Below are positions 56,454 through 64,000 of a stretch of 64,000 nt of DNA, in pieces (positions within the stretch are counted from its first letter, which is position 1; each line of letters opens with the position of its first letter). A model generated the notes under the pieces. That model was not told where the DNA came from and did not search any database. It saw only the letters and a program-made list of their open reading frames with translations. The translations under genes were made by a program, and so were the position numbers. Source of the stretch: an uncultured Planctomycetota bacterium (GTDB lineage Bacteria > Planctomycetota > Planctomycetia > Isosphaerales > Isosphaeraceae); NCBI GenBank assembly GCA_963737655.1, contig CAVTTN010000002.1:2976001-3040000 (forward strand), read 5' to 3'.

Positions 56454-59400
56454 ATGTTCGACGACGACCGACCGCCGATCCTCCACGACCTCTTCGTGAG
56501 TTACGCCCACATCGACGACCAGGGCGAGAACGCCGGCCACGTCTCGGCCCTCGTCTCCGCCATCGAGGCCGATTACCGACGCTTCGCCGGCTCGCCGTTG
56601 CGCGTGTTTTTCGATCGCGACGAGATCCGGGCGATGGACGACTGGGAAGGCCGGATCTTGACGGGCTTGCGGCACTCCAAGATGATGGTGGCGATCCTTT
56701 CGCCCTCCTATTTCGCCAGCGCCTATTGCCGGAAGGAATGGGAATACTACGTCGAGACCGAGCTGGCCCATGCCTTACCCGGCGATGGGATCGCGCCGAT
56801 TTATATTCTGACTCACCCGAGCTTCGATGCCGATCCGGTCGAGGAAACGCTCCGCCGCTGGGTCCACGACCTTCGGAAGCGGCAGTACATCGACTGGAAG
56901 GACTTCTGGCCCCACGGCTACAGGGCCCTGGAGCGGGAGGACGTCCGCCGGAGGCTGGACCACCTTCCCGGCCAGATCGCCGAGCGGTTGAAACGGTCGA
57001 AGATCCGTCAAGAAAGCCCTCACACCGTCCCCCTGCCGAGCGAGCATTTCGTCGGCCGTCGCGACGAGATGCAGACGCTTCGGCACGACCTGATCCGCCG
57101 TCAAATCGGCGCGATCACGGCCCTCCACGGCATCGCGGGCATTGGCAAGAGCATGCTGGCGTTCGCGTATGCGTGGGGCTACGGCTACGAGTATCCCGGG
57201 GGCCGGTTCCTGATCCAGGCGGCGAACCTGGGAGACCTCGCCTCGGGCGTGATCGCCCTGGCCGAGCGGAAGGGCGTGACGCTCTCCGAGGCCGAGCTGC
57301 GAAGTCCCGATTTGGCTCTCGATCGGGTCAAGAAGGCGTTCGAGGAAGGCCCGGCGGCGCTGATCGTGATCGACAACGTGGACGATCCGGCCTTGCTGGA
57401 CGTCCAGGCGCGGGAGCGGGCGTTGCCCCGGGGGGATCATATCCACGTCCTGGTGACGACTCGCGTATCACCGGAAAACCTGCCTCGCATCCATTGCCTG
57501 CCGCTCGACTCCCTCGAACCGCAGGACGCCCTGAGCCTCCTGAACGAGTTCCGCCCGATCGCCGACTCGCCCCAGGACGACGAATGGAAGGCCGCCCTGG
57601 AGATCGTCCGCCGCCTCGACGGCCACGCTCTGGCCCTGGAGGTGGTGGCGGTCTCGCTCCGCGAGCATCCCGAGGTGTCCTATCGCGAGATGGCCCGGTC
57701 TCTGGAAGAAAACGGCATCTCGCTCCTGGAGGAAGACCTCGGCCCGAGGCGAGGGGCAAGCTCACCTGGCACCGCGAAACCTGCATCGGCAAGCTGCTCG
57801 AACCGACCTGGAATTCGCTCTCGGACGAGGAGAGGAGGGCCGTCGAATACGCCGCGATGCTGCCGCCCGACAACGTGCCGCTCCCCTGGCTCCGCGAACT
57901 GCTCCTCAAGGACTTCCCCACGCTCGCCCAGAGCCGGATCGGCGACCCGATCGCCCGCCTCTTCCAGAAGCTCGAACGCCTCCGCCTGATCGTCGCCACC
58001 GGCCGAGATCGCCAGGACCAACCCCAACCCTCCACCGCCCCCACCCAAACCCGAATTGCCCGGATGCACCGGCTCGTCGGCGACGTGATCCGCCGACAAC
58101 TGGGGAGGGTTGAGGAAACGGCGCGGGAAGAGGTGGTCCACAAGTTCGCCTACGGCCGGGCCGAATGGATCAAGGCGAACTGGGGCAAGGCTGGCCTGGG
58201 CTGGGAAGTGCCGCCTTTGCGTGAGGTGACCCTCGGTCTGATCGACCGAGTCGAGTATCGCGGCGTTTACATGGGAGATTGCATCTCAACGGCATTACTC
58301 CACAGCGGAAGGATGTTCGAGGCCATCTCGCTCTGTCGTCGATCTTCGGAGGCCCTGAAAAAGCTTCTTGATGCAGAACCCGAAAGCAATTTTTACTCCC
58401 GTGAACTGTCAGTGACCTACAACAAGCTGGGCGACCTGGCGCGTTCGTCGGGCGACGCGGCCGGGGCGCGTCGGTACTACGAGGACGGCCTGGCGATCCG
58501 GCGGCGGCTGTCCGACGGCGCGCCCGAGAGCGCCGACTACGCCCGCGACCTGTCGGTCAGCTACAACAAGCTGGGCGACCTGGCGGTGTCGTCGGGCGAC
58601 GCGGCCGGGGCGCGTCGGTACTACGAGGACGGCCTGGCGATCCGGCGGCGTCTGTCGGAGGGCGCGCCCGAGAGCGCCGACTACGCCCGCGACCTGTCGA
58701 TCAGCTACGATCGGCTGGGCGACCTGGCGCGTTCGTCGGGCGACGCGGCCGGGGCGCGGCGGTACTACGAGGACGGCCTGGCGATCCGGCGGCGGCTGTC
58801 CGACGGCGCGCCCGAGAGCGCCGACTACGCCCGCGACCTGTCGGTCAGCTACAACAGGCTGGGCGACCTGGCGCGTTCGTCGGGCGACGCGGCCGGGGCG
58901 CGGCGGTACTACGAGGACGACCTGGCGATCGCGCGGCGGCTGTCCGACGGCGCGCCCGAGAGCGCCGACTACGCCCGCGACCTGTCGGTCAGCTACGATC
59001 GGCTGGGCGACCTGGCGCGTTCGTCGGGCGACGCGGCCGGGGCGCGGCGGTACTACGAGGACGGCCTGGCGATCCGGCGGCGGCTGTCCGACGGCGCGCC
59101 CGAGAGCGCCGACTACGCCCGCGACCTGTCGGTCAGCTACGATCGGCTGGGCGACCTGGCGCGTTCGTCGGGCGACGCGGCCGGGGCGCGGCGGTACTAC
59201 GAGGACGGCCTGGCGATCCGGCGGCGTCTGTCGGAGGGCGCTCCCGAGAGCGCCGACTACGCCCGCGACCTGTCGATCAGCTACAGCAAGCTGGGCGACC
59301 TGGCGCGTTCGTCGGGCGACGCGGCCGGGGCGCGGCGGTACTACGAGGACGGCCTGGCGATCGCTCGGCGTCTGTCGGAGGGCGCTCCCGAGAGCGCCGA

Positions 59401-59887
59401 CTACGCCCGCGACCTGTCGATCAGCTACAACAAGCTGGGCGACCTGGCGCGTTCGTCGGGCGACGCGGCCGGGGCGCGGCGGTACTACGAGGACGGCCTG
59501 GCGATCCGGCGGCGGCTGTCCGACGGCGCGCCCGAGAGCGCCGACTACGCCCGCGACCTGTCGGTCAGCTACAACAGGCTGGGCGACCTGGCGCGTTCGT
59601 CGGGCGACGCGGCCGGGGCGCGGCGGTACTACGAGGACGACCTGGCGATCGCGCGGCGGCTGTCTGACGGCGCGCCCGAGAGCGCCGAGTACGCCCGCGA
59701 CCTGTGGGTTTCCTACAGCAAGATGGCCCTTCTTGCCGAGAATGCCGGGGATTCGGCCGGGGCGCTGGCCTGGTGGCGGCGGGTTTGGGAGACGTTGACC
59801 GACATGAAACGGCGGGGGATGCACATCTCGCCCGGGGATGAGGCTTATCGACAGGGCTTGGAGGATCGCTTCGGATTTGGCCGGTGA
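56454..59887 (+). CDS. TIR + STAND (NB-ARC-like) NTPase + TPR array, NLR-like (~1,140 aa); -1 frameshift near 57745
   Basis: TIR: DLFVSYAH.D..VFFDR..ILSPSYFASAYCRKEW. NTPase: FVGR, GIAGIGKS, LIVIDNVDD, VLVTTR, LDGHALALE, RMHRLV. Then nine 48-aa repeats. Confidence 0.9.
58403..59698 (+). repeat. Nine near-identical 144-bp tandem repeats encoding TPR-like units
   Basis: Unit DLS[V/I]SY[N/D/S][K/R]LGDLARSSGDAAGARRYYED[G/D]LAI[R/A]RRLS[D/E]GAPESADYAR, followed by a degenerate capping unit. Confidence 0.97.
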
Positions 59888-60086
59888 GGGATCGTTCTGA
59901 GCGTGCCCGGAGGGGGTAGGACGGAGCGGTCCCGTCGTTTCCTGGTGGGATGGCATCTCAGTCGGGCAGGCCCTGGCCTGCCTGGCCTTGCGACGACGGC
60001 AGGCCGGGGACTGCTTGGCGGGAAATGGCTGAGTCCCGGCCGATTTTGGACGGTTGATGCGTTATGTTCTCCGGGGAGTTCCGACC

Positions 60087-61564
60087 ATGCCGGTCTTCTG
60101 GACGATCCGGGCTCAGCGGCACTTGCGGCAGGCGTTGGCCGAGGAGCTGGGGCGCGAATTTGCCCCGGCGAGGCCGGTTTCCTCGGCGGGTGAGGTGGGA
60201 GGGAGTTGCCCTGGGGTCCTGGAGGGGCGGATGAGGCACCTCAATGCCATGCTGGCCGAGGCGTTCGGCCAGGCGACCGTCGTGGTCAAGGACCAGGTGA
60301 TCGGCTATCGCCGCAAGAAGGATCGATTCACCCTGATGGTGGACGTTTTCGACCCCAAAACCGCCGCGCCCCTCGGCTCGTTCGTCGTCAAGATCGGCCC
60401 CGAGGACGAGATTCGCGAAGAGGTCCGGGGCTGGGACTGCTGCCGGCCCCCCGGATTGCGGCATGACCTGGTTCTGCTCACGCTCGAACCGAGGGAACCC
60501 GTCGATCATGAAGGCCGGTCGTGGATGTGCCTCGTGTACGGCGACGCCCAGCAGTTCCTCGGGGTGGCCGAGACCCGCCCGTTCGAAGACGTGATGCTCG
60601 AATGCGTCCGCGACGGCGTGCCCAAGCTGCTGTCGATCCATGTCGTGATCGGCGAGCTTTACGACCGGATCGGCCACTTGCTCTATGGTCAAGCCTTCAT
60701 CGACAACCCCGCCCACGCCGACTACGTTCTGGATGTCCCCCGGCTCGACGACGGGCTGAAGGCGTGGGAGGTCGATCCGGCCTGCCAGGCCGCCCGCCGA
60801 GACGCGAGCGTGGTCCAGGGAAAAGTTCCCTATCTCGACCCGGTCGATTACCTCCGCTACGTGCAGAAGTATTCGGCCCATCGCGACGGCCGGGGAAACG
60901 TCGTCCCCCGCGCCAGCCCGATGCCCCGAAGCCGGGCGATTTACCGGCCCCGTTCCCGGTCCCGAGGGTCGTCGATGTCGTGCCGAGGATGCTTCGCGGT
61001 TGCGCTCATGGCGACCTCCACGGCCGGAATATCCTGGTGGGGATCGTCCGCGACCAGGCGATGTGGCCGACGGTGTTCGACTACGAAGACATGGGGCCGC
61101 GGAACCTGATCGGCTGGGACTTCGTGAAGTTGGAGACCGAGATGAAGGTCCGGGCCTATCCCGACGTCTTCCGGGGCAAGGAGCCGATCCCGTTCGCCCA
61201 GGCGATCCGCGAGTTCGAGGCCGACCTGGACGCCCGGACCGAGACATGCCACCTGACCCGCTCGTGGCCCGAGCCGGATGACCCGACCCTGGCCGCCGAT
61301 CGATTAAGGTCGATCCTCCTCGCGATCCGCCGGATGGCCTCGCAGCACCTGGGGATGATCCACGGGCGCCCGAACGACTGGCTGGAAGAGTACTATTTCC
61401 TCCTGGTCTGCTACGGGGTGATCACCGCGAGGTTCGAGAACCTCCAGCATCGCGAACGGATCGGGGCCCTGATCTCGGCCGGGGTGGCGGCGGCCCGATT
61501 GAGCTGGCCCCGGGCCGTCGAGCTGGCCGAACTCAAGCTCCCGCCGCCGACCGACCCCGAATGA
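60087..61564 (+). CDS. Kinase-fold (APH/phosphotransferase-like, TCAD9-like) protein; -1 frameshift near 60920
   Basis: RBS ggggag; FVVKIG..IREEV.GW; AHGDLHGRNILV; VFDYE; WDFVKLETEMK. Confidence 0.75.
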
Positions 61565-61618
61565 GGCCGTCGAAAACCGCGAAGGGCCACGGCGGCCCGT
61601 CGGACCCGAGGAGTCCTG

Positions 61619-62446
61619 GTGATGAATGCGAATAACCCGCCCTGGATCGATGCCGTCCTCCGGGCCCCCTTCCCCAGCTACCGCGCCCCGATGGCGCTGG
61701 CCGGCGAGCTCGGCCGATCGGGCCGGGCCGACTCCCGCGCCCAGGCCATCACGCTCTTGAAGGCGCTCGCCGAGCGATATCCCTATGCCCTGGCGATCCG
61801 CCAGGAGCTCGTCTTCGTGATGATGGAGGCGAACGAGGACGTCGAGCTGATCCTCCACCGGCTCGAACGGGAATTCGCCAACCTCGATGAGGAGACCCTG
61901 TGCCGCTGGGGCCGCCTCTTCAAGGAGAAGGGCGATGGCCTGGCCCGGACGCTCCAGCCGGACCAGGCGGAACGATACTACCGGAAGTCCCTGGAAAAGT
62001 ACGATCGAGCCTATCGGATCCGCGACGGCCATTACCCGGCGATCAACAAGGCGACGCTCCTCCTGATCGTCGGGTCGCTCCGGCCGTTATCGCCCGGGGC
62101 ATCCGAGCCTTCGGAGTGCCTCGAATCGGCAAAGCTGGCGGAGAAGATCCTCACGAGTCGCGGTTCCTGGCGGGCCGAGCTCCCGGCCGATGAGGCGATC
62201 TGGTTCCCCGCGACCGAGGCGGAGGCCCACCTGCTCCGCCGGGAATGGGCCGAGGCGGCAGTCCTCTATCGCCATGTCCTGGACCAGGATGCGCTGAATC
62301 CGCACTCGCGGGCGACCATGCATCGCCAGGTCGAGCGAATCCTAAGCTGCTTCCGCAACCTGAACGTCCCGCCGGCGCCCCCGTTCGACGACCCCGGGAC
62401 GTTATTCGGGGCCGAGGCCGGTCTGGACCCGTTGGCCTCCTCGTGA
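61619..62446 (+). CDS. TPR-S / DUF4071 (MAP3K TRAFs-binding-like) helical protein
   Basis: EETLCRWGRLFK..YYRKSLEKYDRAY..HYPAINKATLLL..WFPATEAEAHLL..AAVLY. Confidence 0.7.
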   Translation: MMNANNPPWIDAVLRAPFPSYRAPMALAGELGRSGRADSRAQAITLLKALAERYPYALAIRQELVFVMMEANEDVELILHRLEREFANLDEETLCRWGRLFKEKGDGLARTLQPDQAERYYRKSLEKYDRAYRIRDGHYPAINKATLLLIVGSLRPLSPGASEPSECLESAKLAEKILTSRGSWRAELPADEAIWFPATEAEAHLLRREWAEAAVLYRHVLDQDALNPHSRATMHRQVERILSCFRNLNVPPAPPFDDPGTLFGAEAGLDPLASS

Positions 62447-62471
62447 ATCCTCTGGGATACAGGATCTGCTC

Positions 62472-62765
62472 ATGTCGTATCGTCCTCAGCCCATCGATAC
62501 CTCGAAGACCGAGCTGCCCGATTCGCTCGTCGCCCTGACGGAGCGGCTGGCGGAGAACACGCACGACGTCTGGGCCGCGCATCGACTGTCCGAGGGCTGG
62601 TCGCTCGGTCCTCGTCGCGACGACGCCTCGAAGACCCATCCGTGCCTGGTCCCGTACGCCGATCTGCCCGAGTCCGAGAAGCAGTATGACCGTCAGACGG
62701 CGATCGAGACGCTCAAGGCGGTGCTCGTCCTGGGCTATGCGATCGTCCCGAGGCTGGAGGATTGA
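62472..62765 (+). CDS. Stand-alone RyR (ryanodine receptor repeat) domain protein
   Basis: YRPQPIDTS..LP..L..LTERLAENTHDVWA..RLSEGW.LGP.RDD..KTHPCLVPYADLPESEKQYDR. Confidence 0.92.
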   Translation: MSYRPQPIDTSKTELPDSLVALTERLAENTHDVWAAHRLSEGWSLGPRRDDASKTHPCLVPYADLPESEKQYDRQTAIETLKAVLVLGYAIVPRLED

Positions 62766-64000
62766 TCGATGACCGAGACGACGGCGGCCCCGGGCCCCGG
62801 AGGTGGCCCCACGCGATCGATTACCACTTCGCGAACCTCCTCCGAAGGCTGGGCGGGGCGTGGTTCCCGTCGCTCGTCGCCCTGGCGATCCTCGCGCTGG
62901 CCCTGGGCTGCTGGGGCTACCACGAATTCGCCGTTCAGAACCGGAAGGTGCCCTCGGCCACGATCACGCTCTACCGGTCCTTGCAACTCTTCGCCCTGGA
63001 AATGCCCGAGACGGAGACCGAATACCCGCTGGCCCTGGACGTGGCCCGGTTCCTCGCGGCGTTCGTCTCGTTCTCGGCGGTCCTGGGCGTCCTGGGGACG
63101 ATCTTCGAGGCCAGGGTCCAGGCCGCCCGGCTCTGGGTCCTGGGGAGGCATCACGTGGTCCTCTGCGGCCTGGGCGAGAAGGGGGCCGAGCTCGTCCAGG
63201 TCCTCAGGAAGGACCGGCATTTCGTCGTGGTCATCGAGCCGGACGCGACTCACGAAGACCTGTCGAGATGCCGGGCCCTTGGGGCCGTCGTCCTGACCGG
63301 CAACCCGACCGACTCCTGGCGTCTCAAGAAGGCGAGGGTCCATCGGGCCGACGTGCTGATGGCGATCGTCCCGGGAGACGACCGGCTGAACGTCGAGACG
63401 GCGATTCTCGCCCATGCGATCTGCCGGAGCCCTCGCCATGGAACGCTGACGTGCGTCCTCCAGGTCTCCGACCCGGACCTCACCACGGTGGTCCGCAAGC
63501 ACCCGATGGCGACCGAAGGGGGCGACGGCTTCGACCTCCAGCCGTTCCGCATCGACGATGCCTGCGCCCAGGCCATGCTCCGCGAGGCCCTGGTCGGCGG
63601 CCGGGCGCAAGTCCCGGGCGGATCCTGGTCGTCGGCATCGGTCCGGGAGCCAGGATGGGCGAGAGGCTGATCCTCAGGGCCGCCAAGGACTGGCACCTGG
63701 AGAATCCCGACGGGCCGAAGCTGCAGATCGACGTCCTGAGCCCCGGGGCGACCGTCGAGACGGAGAGGATGCGGACCTCGTACCCGCCTCTGGACCTCGC
63801 CTGCGAGCTCCGACCCCACGACGTGGCCCCGGAGCCGCTCTCATTCGTCGAGACGTTGGATCGAATCCACGGGGCCCGCTCCTCGTCGCGGCGTTCGTTG
63901 GCCTGGACGACGAGGGCGCCGCCCTGATTGCCGCGGACCGGCTCCGCGATGCCCTGCCCAAACTCGTCCCGGTCATCGTCCGGACGATCGAGAGGGATGC
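62762..64000 (+). CDS. Membrane protein with 2 TM helices and TrkA-N/RCK-type Rossmann domains (channel-like); frameshifts near 63610 and 63885; runs off the window
   Basis: TM LVALAILALALGCWGY; pore-helix-like LYRSLQLFALE; TM LDVARFLAAFVSFSAVLGVL; HVVLCGLGEKG..VVVIE..VLTGNPT..LKKARV.RAD..DDRLN; second RILVVGIG. Start overlaps the RyR stop. Confidence 0.8.

Noticed and set aside
58403..59698. 144-bp tandem array as a CRISPR array or DGR template/variable repeat
   Set aside because: No unique spacers; the units are in-frame coding repeats; there is no cas or reverse transcriptase gene in the window, and variation is not adenine-specific.

Overview
GC-rich planctomycete-type DNA, judged from the RRxxxExLExRxLLA export motif, PSD1/DUF1501 genes and an ECF sigma/Ser-Thr kinase pair. 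Many genes carry single-base indels, mostly in homopolymers; these look like long-read assembly errors, so split ORFs were rejoined. All family assignments are from motif recognition, not database searches. Left to right: (1) the TPR tail of a kinase-type gene; (2) a ~6,550-aa secreted repeat/adhesin-like protein and a PEP-CTERM protein; (3) a decayed island with an IS1-like relic, an IS5, a truncated DUF1156 methylase, an SNF2-DUF3883 helicase pseudogene, a tRNA-Pro 3' relic and an ISAzo13; (4) a DHFR-like gene, a REP-carrying MITE-like element and a kinase-FGE gene; (5) a compact YcaO + B12-radical SAM + TfuA + NHLP-clan precursor cluster (candidate thioamidated RiPP whose precursor has a hidden Pro/Glu tail); (6) an NHL propeller gene, then an ECF sigma/kinase pair heading a run of CotH-heme fusion, PSD1, DUF1501, CE15 and SGNH genes; (7) a LysR gene divergent from a Nudix, Nudix, TIR-STAND-TPR, kinase, TPR-S, RyR, TM/TrkA-N operon running off the right edge. 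The two best candidates for undescribed systems are (7), a possible immune/nucleotide-signalling system, and (5).
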